Assembly: GCF_048263965.1 (NCBI RefSeq)
Contig: NZ_JBLXDO010000017.1
Location: forward strand, 7,223-71,222
From: Ferrimonas sp.
GTDB taxonomy: Bacteria; Pseudomonadota; Gammaproteobacteria; Enterobacterales; Shewanellaceae
DNA length: 64,000 nt
Direction: 5' to 3'
Shown: positions 1 to 7,352 of the stretch, one piece after another
Numbering within the stretch: the stretch's first letter is position 1
How the letters are laid out: each line of letters starts with the position of its first letter
The notes under the pieces: generated by a model
The model's database searches: none
Seen by the model: the letters and a program-made list of their open reading frames with translations, nothing else
What the model was told of the DNA's origin: nothing
Translations under genes and position numbers: made by a program

Positions 1-270
1 GTGATGTTGGCGGCCATTGGGCTGTGCCTGATGGCCAGGGTGCCGCTGCTGTGGGCCACCTCCCGTTGGTTCAATCACCCACTCAGCCCGAAGTCTGCCT
101 CCTTGTGGTGGCAACTGCCTGTACATGGGCCCGTCACCCTGGCCCTGGTGCTCTCCATTCCTGTGTCGGTGACCGCCTGGTGGACCATACAGGCTGCCTG
201 TTATGGCGTGATACTGTTTGAGTTATTGATTCAGCGCCCATTGGCGAGCCGCTCTGTGAGCGGATCGTGA
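1..270 (+). CDS. C-terminal fragment of a membrane protein, possibly a CPA1 cation/H+ antiporter (5' partial)
   Basis: Hydrophobic ORF open at the window edge; GPVTLALVLSIP resembles the G-x-V-x-L-A-L-A-L-S-L-P motif near the end of CPA1 antiporters. Confidence 0.4.
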   Translation: MMLAAIGLCLMARVPLLWATSRWFNHPLSPKSASLWWQLPVHGPVTLALVLSIPVSVTAWWTIQAACYGVILFELLIQRPLASRSVSGS

Positions 271-381
271 TTCTGGAAAGGCAGCCCCAAAGGGGTCATA
301 CAGATGTGATGGGAGTCCGGAGAGTTTGATTGACCTTCAGTAAAATAGTCCTTTGGGTTTCTGTTTTATAGGTCAACTGTC

Positions 382-1134
382 ATGCGCTGTCCCCACACCG
401 ATGCCCTCAGGGTGAAATGTCAGGCCGTCCTCGATGTGACTGAAGGGATGATCGATCAGCAGGGGTTGATCTCATTCAAGCTCTCCCAGGTTGCCAAGGA
501 GGCGGAGATTGCCAACTCTACCTTCTATAAGCTGTTTGAGAGCAAAGAGGACCTGCTGGTGTGCTGCTTCATGCGTAACGCCACTTGCAATCACTTCGAT
601 GATTTCGAAGCCCTGCATCCGGGAATGTCTGCCATAGAGCGGGTTCTGTTGCCCATCATCTTTACCTTCGAGGCTACCTACTTCTCTCCCAGTTTCAACC
701 TGGTTCGCCAGGTGGCAGTCAACAGTCGGGTGTGGCGCCTGGCCAGTGCCGACAAGGCCAAGGCGTTTGAGAATCGCATTAACCTCTATTGGGAGAGGAT
801 CACCGGATACCTGAAGCAGGCGGTAACCGAGGGGGAACTGGTGGCGTCTGATGACGAGGTGAGGGAGCTGGCACAGGCGATCACCTTCTACCTGAGCGGT
901 GCCCTGTCCGCCTATGAGTGCCGCCTCATTGGTAAGGAGTTCCTGCAGGAGAAGCGTCAGACTCTGTTCCGGCAGCTGCAGAATGTATTCAAGCCTTACG
1001 GCTGGCGTGAGCCTCTGACCCTGGCACTGTTTGAGCGGGTGGGGGTTAGAGTACATATGTACTACCAGGCCAATCGCCGTGACTTCAACAGCTGTGCCCG
1101 CTGCATGGCGATGCAGGAGAAGCTGGGCGGCTGA
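382..1134 (+). CDS. TetR/AcrR family transcriptional regulator
   Basis: N-terminal HTH (FKLSQVAKEAEIANSTFYKLFESKEDLL); 250 aa; C-terminal CARC. Confidence 0.8.
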   Translation: MRCPHTDALRVKCQAVLDVTEGMIDQQGLISFKLSQVAKEAEIANSTFYKLFESKEDLLVCCFMRNATCNHFDDFEALHPGMSAIERVLLPIIFTFEATYFSPSFNLVRQVAVNSRVWRLASADKAKAFENRINLYWERITGYLKQAVTEGELVASDDEVRELAQAITFYLSGALSAYECRLIGKEFLQEKRQTLFRQLQNVFKPYGWREPLTLALFERVGVRVHMYYQANRRDFNSCARCMAMQEKLGG

Positions 1135-1155
1135 GTTCAGTGGTGCAGATGAGTG

Positions 1156-1218
1156 GGCTCCCCCAGGGGAGCCTTTCCTTTATATAAGGGAAACAAAAAA
1201 GGCTCCCTTGCGGGAGCC
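1156..1218. terminator. Back-to-back intrinsic terminators between convergent genes
   Basis: GGCTCCCC-CA-GGGGAGCC followed by TTT (+ strand); AAAAAA-GGCTCCC-TTGC-GGGAGCC (- strand). Confidence 0.75.
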
Positions 1219-1253
1219 TGGGCGTGTGTCAGGAGTTGAGTGTCACTTCAGCC

Positions 1254-2381
1254 TTAGAAGTAGTAGCCGAAGTTGATGTTGATGCGCTGGTCCCAGCCGT
1301 CGCCCGCTTCCTTCAGGCCAACGTGGTCATCCATCTCGGTGGAGAAGGTCATGTTCTTGCCCATCACGAAATCCGCCATGATGTACAGCGGGCCCGCAGC
1401 GATGGCAGCACCGGTGACGTTCTGGTAGCTGTTATCAAAGCTGTCGTCGTCGGTGTCAGGCGTCATCACACCGAAGTCGTTGTAGATCTTCACGCTGCCC
1501 CAGTCTGTGGGGATGGTCTTGGCGATGTTGAAGTTGTAGGCCTGGCCCTTAGAGGCGATCTCGTACTGCCAGCTCACCACGGAAACGCCGATCTTATTGG
1601 GATCCACCCCCTCCTGATTCTTGGCATCGTACTCATACTGCATCGCTTGCAGTTGGATGTTCCAACCGTTGAAGCTGGAGTCCAGGTGAGCGGCAATGGC
1701 GTAGCGGTCGCCATTGTCTTCGGTCTTGCTGTTGTAGATCTGACCCCACTGAACCGAACCACCGATGGTGGTGCTGCCGCCGTCGTGCTCCACGGTGTAG
1801 GTTTGGCGCAGGTTCAGCTGGTTGGTCTCTTCGTTGTAGTACTCGGTACCGTTGATGGTGCCGGTGTACAGGTCGGTGGCGTAACGCTTGTTTTCAGATG
1901 CGCCGTATTCGGGGTTCTTGTAGAAACCCAGGTCGGTGTGCCACTTGCCGTTGTCGAAAGTGGCCTTGATGCCCACATCATGGTCATCTTCGAAGCCCAG
2001 GTAGTAGGGGATACCAAACCACCAGCTGTTGGAGATGAAATCGCGGTTACCGAAGGGCACCTTGTTGATGCCGAACTGGATCTGCCACTCCGGGGTAGCG
2101 TCGTAGTAGCCGTAGCCGTACTTGATGTAGTGGGTGCCGGAGGTGAAGCGGTACTCGGAGGAGAGGCCCCAGTCGCCGTGCTTGCCGTTGAACTTAATGG
2201 CGGCCATGTCGAAGGTCAGATCGCCAGCCTTGTCTTTGGAGCTGTCGCTGTAGAATTTCAGGCCGTAGTTCACCCGTACGGCACCGCCGACACTGATGCC
2301 GTCTTCCTGGGCCTGGGCCACTGGGTTGAGCAGGGCGAAGATGGCACCTGCCACCAGGGAAAGCTTGGTTGCGTGTTTCAT
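1254..2381 (-). CDS. Outer-membrane beta-barrel / porin-like protein
   Basis: Start reassigned to MKHATKLSLVAGAIFALLNPVAQA (Sec signal); alternating beta-strand pattern rich in Y/F/W/G/D/N; C-terminal BAM-type signature ININFGYYF. Confidence 0.75.
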   Translation of the reverse strand: MKHATKLSLVAGAIFALLNPVAQAQEDGISVGGAVRVNYGLKFYSDSSKDKAGDLTFDMAAIKFNGKHGDWGLSSEYRFTSGTHYIKYGYGYYDATPEWQIQFGINKVPFGNRDFISNSWWFGIPYYLGFEDDHDVGIKATFDNGKWHTDLGFYKNPEYGASENKRYATDLYTGTINGTEYYNEETNQLNLRQTYTVEHDGGSTTIGGSVQWGQIYNSKTEDNGDRYAIAAHLDSSFNGWNIQLQAMQYEYDAKNQEGVDPNKIGVSVVSWQYEIASKGQAYNFNIAKTIPTDWGSVKIYNDFGVMTPDTDDDSFDNSYQNVTGAAIAAGPLYIMADFVMGKNMTFSTEMDDHVGLKEAGDGWDQRININFGYYF

Positions 2382-2440
2382 TGTATTCACTGCCTTAATC
2401 CGAGCCGGCAAGGCCGGCTCAAAAATCTGATACGTCGTTT

Positions 2441-3178
2441 TTATTTTTCGAACTTGTCTTGGTTGGTGCCGTATGGACCCAGGTCCATGGCGGCCTTGCG
2501 CAGGGCGTCAACACGGTCGAACGCCTCTTCCGCTACGCGCAGGTTTTTCACATCCTTACGCCAGTAGTACTTGAAGCCGTCGAAGTGGGCGTTCTTGGGG
2601 TACCAGTACATCACGCCGAAACCCTGCTCATCGGTGATGGGGGTGTTGTGGATGGTGTTGCCGGGGATGTAGAAGTACATGCCCTTCTCCATCCACTTGT
2701 ACTGGCCGTCGGCCAGGGTGCGGGCGCGGCCGGATACGGCGTAGTAGCACTCAGGCTGGCCGTGGAAGTGGGGGGCGTGGTCAGACTTGCCGCCGTTGGT
2801 GATGCCGATAACCACAGGGGCGTCGGACAGCTCTTTCCACAGGTAGCCTACGGGCGCGTTCTCCAGCTTGCAGTCCTTGGCTTCCATGATGTTGCCGTCG
2901 TCATCCATGGTCTTGCAGAAGCGCTGGTCCTTGGCGATGGAGTCGTTGGACTTGATGGTGTTGAAGTCTACACGGCCCGCTTCCCAGTCGGCGATGTACT
3001 GTTCCACCAGAGGGTCGCGGCACTGCTCAGGCATGGTGGCCTGAGGAGAGTAGGGGGTGGAATCATAAGGGATGGCGGTAGCCTGCTGGTAGGGCAGTTG
3101 GGCGTGTTCCAGGTGGGCGTTGGCCATAACGGAACCGGAGCACAGGGCGCCGAGGATCAGTGCGAGTTTCTTCATCAT
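2441..3178 (-). CDS. Secreted cupin-domain protein, candidate DddK/DddW-like DMSP lyase
   Basis: Start MMKKLALILGALCSGSVMANA after RBS AGGAAGAG; cupin motif 1 HFHGQPECYYAVSG, motif 2 GMYFYIPGNTIH; cupin call is firm, lyase call is inference. Confidence 0.7.
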   Translation of the reverse strand: MMKKLALILGALCSGSVMANAHLEHAQLPYQQATAIPYDSTPYSPQATMPEQCRDPLVEQYIADWEAGRVDFNTIKSNDSIAKDQRFCKTMDDDGNIMEAKDCKLENAPVGYLWKELSDAPVVIGITNGGKSDHAPHFHGQPECYYAVSGRARTLADGQYKWMEKGMYFYIPGNTIHNTPITDEQGFGVMYWYPKNAHFDGFKYYWRKDVKNLRVAEEAFDRVDALRKAAMDLGPYGTNQDKFEK

Positions 3179-3243
3179 TCTCTTCCTATATATAGGTGTT
3201 GTTGTGTTTGAGGCGGCAGGCACGGTGCCTGCCGCCAAATGGG

Positions 3244-3609
3244 TTACATCTCGTCGAACCAGGTGCGGTGGCACTCGGAGCAGACCGGAGCCTTGGTCTG
3301 GTGTTCGGCGTGACAGGCCAGGCAGCTGGCGCCCTGGTTGAAATGGATGCTCTTGTGAGGATTGGCCTCCTCGAGCACCAGGTCACGGGTCACCTCGATG
3401 TCGTTGATGTTGCCGTGGCAGTCGATGCAGGCGCTGTCGTCCACATACTTGCGAGCAGAGCCCTCGTGGCAGGTTTTGCAGCCATCTTCATAAATAAACT
3501 GGTGATTGGTGCGGCCCTTTATGGCGCCCTTTACCTTGACCAGATCACCGGCCTGAGCGGTATTGCACAGGGCCAGCATCAGCCCCAGGGAGATCAGTAC
3601 TCGTTTCAT
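3244..3609 (-). CDS. Small periplasmic tetraheme cytochrome c (cytochrome c3 / ArdB-like)
   Basis: Signal peptide and four CxxCH motifs: CKTCH, CIDCH, CLACH, CSECH; RBS AGGAG. Confidence 0.92.
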   Translation of the reverse strand: MKRVLISLGLMLALCNTAQAGDLVKVKGAIKGRTNHQFIYEDGCKTCHEGSARKYVDDSACIDCHGNINDIEVTRDLVLEEANPHKSIHFNQGASCLACHAEHQTKAPVCSECHRTWFDEM

Positions 3610-3619
3610 GGCGTTCTCC

Positions 3620-5128
3620 TCAGGCGTCCGCTTTGATGGTCTTGGGCACGATCATGCCCATGGTCAGGCACTCCAGGCAGGAGGTGGAGCTCAGGCGGGC
3701 GTGGCCATGCACCCCGCCGGTTACCTCGCCAGCACCGTACAGCTTCTTGATGGGCTTCATGGTGCGGCAATCCAGCACCCGGCCACCCATGTCGGTTTTC
3801 AGGCCGCCCATGCAGTAGTGCACCTTGGGCCAGATGCGGCTGACCACGAAGGGTGGCTTGAGCTCGACGGCAGTGTCCATCTTGCGACCGAAGTCGGGAT
3901 CGGTGCGCTTGCTTACCTGGGCGTTCCATTGAGCCAGGGTCTGTTTCAGCTCGGTCAGGGGCAGGTTAAACTTCTCTGCCAGTTGCTCCAGGCTGTCGAC
4001 CTTCCAGGCCATTTCGTCCCGCAGGGCGCGGACCACACGGTCATCATCCGGGTGGTCGTTGTAGTTGAACAGCACCAGAGGGTAGGCGGGAGTACCGTCC
4101 TGATGGCGGTTTTTCATGATGGCGGTGGAGCAGGTCAGGCGGTCGGCGCGCTCGTTCATGTAACGTTTGCCGCTGAGTACGCTGACGGAGATCCCTTCAT
4201 GCCAGCCGATGGAGAGCAGGGCGTTGGACCAGCCAAAGCCGCCTTCGTCCGGAGAGCCCCAGTGGCCGGTCTGGATCATGTTCAGGTGCACGGGCAGGGC
4301 TCCGTGGGCCATGGCGGCCAGCATCACTTCGCCGGTGGCACCCAGGTGGTTGGTGCCGTCCAGGGTGGGATCCAGTGACGGGTCCACGGCGGCGCGCAGG
4401 GCCATGTTACGGGTAAAGCCGCCGGAGGCGCAGATCACCGCCTTGTTGGCCTTGATGCGGATCAGAGAGCCCGTCTTCTGGTCAGGGAAGCGATAGCCGC
4501 GGCGAACCATCACACCTTCGACCTCACCCTGGCTATTGAGGATGAAATCTTCGATGTAGTGTTGCAGGCGATACTCGACCCCCTCTTTTTTGCCGGCTTC
4601 ATACAGCTTGGTGGTGATGTCACCGCCGGTGCCGTGCTTGGTGCGGATGGCGCGGGCCTTATTGTGGCCGCCCACCTGGATGTTGAAGTTCTTGCGGAAC
4701 TCGACGCCAGCATCGACGCACATGTGGTAGGCGCCCAGGGCGTGTTCGGCGATCTGGGTCAGCATCGCCTCATCGGCCATGCCGCGGCCGGAGATCATCT
4801 GGTCCTTCACCAACTCGGCTGGGCTGTCATCGTCGATGCCCTGAGACAGCTGGATGGGGTTCTTGGGCACGGCGAACCAGCCGCCGTTGATGGCGGAGTT
4901 GCCGCCAATCACCTGCATCTTTTCCAGGACCAGGACCTTGCCCAGACCCTGACGTTTGGCATTCAGTGCGCTGGAGAGGCCGGCGAAGCCGGAACCGATC
5001 ACCAGCACATCAACCTCTTCATCCCATTTGGTGGCGGGGGCGGCGGTTGCCACCGCGGGCAATCCTGCTGCCAGGCCACCGGCGGCCAGACCGGCACCGA
5101 GTCGCAGGAATGAACGTCTGTTCGACAT
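3620..5128 (-). CDS. Tat-exported flavocytochrome c flavin subunit (fumarate-reductase superfamily enoate reductase; ArdA / methacrylate reductase-like)
   Basis: Tat motif SNRRSFLRLG; FAD-binding VIGSGFAGL; GGNSAINGG; VHYCMGG; GGVHGHARL; no fused heme domain. Confidence 0.88.
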   Translation of the reverse strand: MSNRRSFLRLGAGLAAGGLAAGLPAVATAAPATKWDEEVDVLVIGSGFAGLSSALNAKRQGLGKVLVLEKMQVIGGNSAINGGWFAVPKNPIQLSQGIDDDSPAELVKDQMISGRGMADEAMLTQIAEHALGAYHMCVDAGVEFRKNFNIQVGGHNKARAIRTKHGTGGDITTKLYEAGKKEGVEYRLQHYIEDFILNSQGEVEGVMVRRGYRFPDQKTGSLIRIKANKAVICASGGFTRNMALRAAVDPSLDPTLDGTNHLGATGEVMLAAMAHGALPVHLNMIQTGHWGSPDEGGFGWSNALLSIGWHEGISVSVLSGKRYMNERADRLTCSTAIMKNRHQDGTPAYPLVLFNYNDHPDDDRVVRALRDEMAWKVDSLEQLAEKFNLPLTELKQTLAQWNAQVSKRTDPDFGRKMDTAVELKPPFVVSRIWPKVHYCMGGLKTDMGGRVLDCRTMKPIKKLYGAGEVTGGVHGHARLSSTSCLECLTMGMIVPKTIKADA

Positions 5129-5353
5129 GATTTCTCCAAAGTCGAGAGTGTGTGTGAGGTGAAGGTTACGGGGATGCCTCTTCCCGTGCCGTGATGGCTT
5201 TATGGAGAAACTGTTCTCATCGGCGGTGGCCAGGGTGAACTATTTTACTGAGATGGCGAATGGAATTAGAGCTGAGTTGAAATGAATCCGAGTCGGCTCT
5301 CAGATTTTGCGTAGAGTGTGGCTTGGATCGCCGAACGGCACCTCTCCTAATCC

Positions 5354-5367
5354 GTGATCTCCTTCAA
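5354..5367. promoter_or_regulatory. Possible FNR/EtrA box upstream of the reductase operon
   Basis: GTGAT-CTCC-TTCAA, 8/10 match to TTGAT-N4-ATCAA, about 230 bp upstream of the flavoprotein start. Confidence 0.3.
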
Positions 5368-5730
5368 AAGAGTTTTTTCACTCCTCTCTGATTAGTAAGA
5401 AAAAAAGGTTGTGGTCTGGCCAGGTTAATGAAATGTTGCAAAGTGTTGGTGTGAAAGGTTTTCTGGCAAATCACACTGGAAATTGAGAGAGGGCTGACGA
5501 AAAAAACTGAAATCGGTGCTGGTTTTGGTTTTTGCTGGAGATTATGCCTTTCAATTTGCTCAAGCGTGGCGAATTGTTCGTTGGAAAAGGCCTGTGATGA
5601 TGCATCGGCCTGAAAACGACAATCATTCGGCCTTTACACACCAGAAATGGCGGCCTAGGTTGCTCTTTGTCACAGTGTGAAGTCGTGGCCTGAAGGAAGT
5701 AATAATCATAACTATCAATGGGTAGAACCT

Positions 5731-7311
5731 ATGACTCTGATAAAGAAAAGTGCCCTGACTGCCACTACGCTAGCGGCTCTTGGCCTGGTGAACCTTGGCC
5801 ATGCGGCTGAGATGGAACGCTATATCGTTAAATTCAAGGCAGGCAAGGGGCAAGGCGTGGCGGCCAGTGTGGCCCAGGGCAATGGCAAGGTCGAGCGTAT
5901 GCTCGCCAATCACAACGCCATGTCAGTCAGTCTGCCGGCACAGGCATTGAAGGGATTACAGAACAATCCCAACGTGGAGTACCTGGAAGCGGATGTTAAG
6001 CGGTACATGATGTCCCAGACCGTCCCTTATGGCATCCCTATGGTGCAGGCGGACATGCTGTCCGACTCTGCCGCCTCCAATACCCTGGTGTGCATCATCG
6101 ACTCCGGTTATGACGGAGGCCATGAAGATCTCAACCATAATGGCGCGGTTCAGGGTACCAATGACCCAGGCACCGGCAGCTGGAACACAGATGAAAACAG
6201 TCATGGCACCCACGTGGCCGGCACCATCGCCGGTGTGGCCAACAGTGTCGGTGTCGTGGGCGTTCTGCCCAACAACAACCTGAACCTGCACATCATCAAG
6301 GTGTTTGGTGCCGATGGCTGGGCCTACTCCTCGGGTCTGGTGGCGGCCCTGGATGCCTGTAAGGCGGCTAAGGCTGACCGTCAGCTGGACCGCATGGTGA
6401 TCAACATGAGCCTGGGTGGCTCACGCTCCAACCGCACCGAGATGCGCGCCTTCGATCAGGCGTTTGCCGAGGGAATTCTGAGCATCGCCGCAGCGGGTAA
6501 TGATGGCAACACCCGTCACTCCTACCCGGCGTCCTATGACTCCGTAGTCTCTGTGGCTGCCATCGATGAGAACAAGGCAGTGGCAGATTTTTCCCAGCAG
6601 ACTAATCAGGTCGAGCTCTCCGGTCCCGGTGTGGGTGTGCTCTCTACCGTGCCCATGAACAGCGCCGGCATATCGGATCTGACCGTCAATGGCAGCGCCA
6701 TCGCTTCTGCCATGATGGATGGCTCGCCTATTCAGTCGGTGTCCGGCGACCTGGTGGACTGTGGTACCGGCGAAGCCAGTTGCGCCGCGTCCGGCAAGAT
6801 CTGTCTGATTGCCAGGGGTAACGTCAGCTTTGCCGACAAGGTGCTCAACTGCGAAAGCAATGGCGGCATTGGTGCGGTGATCTACAACAACGAACCGGGA
6901 ATGCTTTACGGCACCCTTGGCGAGACGGCCACCCAGATTCCATCTGTGGGGATCAGTGACACCGACGGTGCCACGCTGATGGCCAGTCTGGGCACTGCCA
7001 ACCTGGCGGTTTCCACTGACCACTATGCCTACTTCGATGGTACCTCTATGGCCACGCCACACGTTGTGGGGGTCGCGGCTCTGGTATGGAGCAACAACCC
7101 CACCTGCAGCAACGCCGAGCTTCGCTCTGCCCTGACCAGCACCGCAGAAGATCTGGGTGTGGCAGGTCGTGATGATGCCTATGGACACGGACTGGTTCGT
7201 GCCTATGATGCTCATATGGCCCTGTCCAGTTGCAGTGGCGGCTCCGGTGGCGGTGACACCGGTGGTGGTGGCGGTAGCGACAAGCCGGGTAAAGGCAAAA
7301 AGAACCGTTAA
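5731..7311 (+). CDS. Extracellular S8 subtilisin-like serine protease with I9 prodomain and PA domain
   Basis: Signal peptide MTLIKKSALTATTLAALGLVNLGHA; triad IIDSG / HGTHVAG / GTSMATPH; PA insert (ICLIARGNVSFADKV); Gly-rich basic tail. Confidence 0.95.
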   Translation: MTLIKKSALTATTLAALGLVNLGHAAEMERYIVKFKAGKGQGVAASVAQGNGKVERMLANHNAMSVSLPAQALKGLQNNPNVEYLEADVKRYMMSQTVPYGIPMVQADMLSDSAASNTLVCIIDSGYDGGHEDLNHNGAVQGTNDPGTGSWNTDENSHGTHVAGTIAGVANSVGVVGVLPNNNLNLHIIKVFGADGWAYSSGLVAALDACKAAKADRQLDRMVINMSLGGSRSNRTEMRAFDQAFAEGILSIAAAGNDGNTRHSYPASYDSVVSVAAIDENKAVADFSQQTNQVELSGPGVGVLSTVPMNSAGISDLTVNGSAIASAMMDGSPIQSVSGDLVDCGTGEASCAASGKICLIARGNVSFADKVLNCESNGGIGAVIYNNEPGMLYGTLGETATQIPSVGISDTDGATLMASLGTANLAVSTDHYAYFDGTSMATPHVVGVAALVWSNNPTCSNAELRSALTSTAEDLGVAGRDDAYGHGLVRAYDAHMALSSCSGGSGGGDTGGGGGSDKPGKGKKNR

Positions 7312-7322
7312 CCCTTGATCAG

Positions 7323-7347
7323 GGGCCGGCACCGCCGGCCCTTTTTT
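7323..7347 (+). terminator. Intrinsic terminator
   Basis: GGGCCGGC-ACC-GCCGGCCC-TTTTTT just after the protease stop. Confidence 0.85.
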
Positions 7348-7352
7348 GTGGC

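Noticed and set aside
1224-2567. Long antisense ORFs (also 15741-16727, 29465-30460, 47781-49013, 49951-51648, 51784-53274, 57117-58367, 59023-60237)
   Set aside because: Shadows of high-GC coding strands lying opposite well-supported genes, with no motifs of their own.
2441-3178. Calling the cupin DddY
   Set aside because: About 245 aa against about 400 aa, no recognisable cap domain, and the cupin motifs resemble the small DddK/DddW type.
3620-5128. Calling the flavoprotein fumarate reductase FccA
   Set aside because: No fused tetraheme domain, Tat rather than Sec export, and the His365/Thr377 segment is altered.
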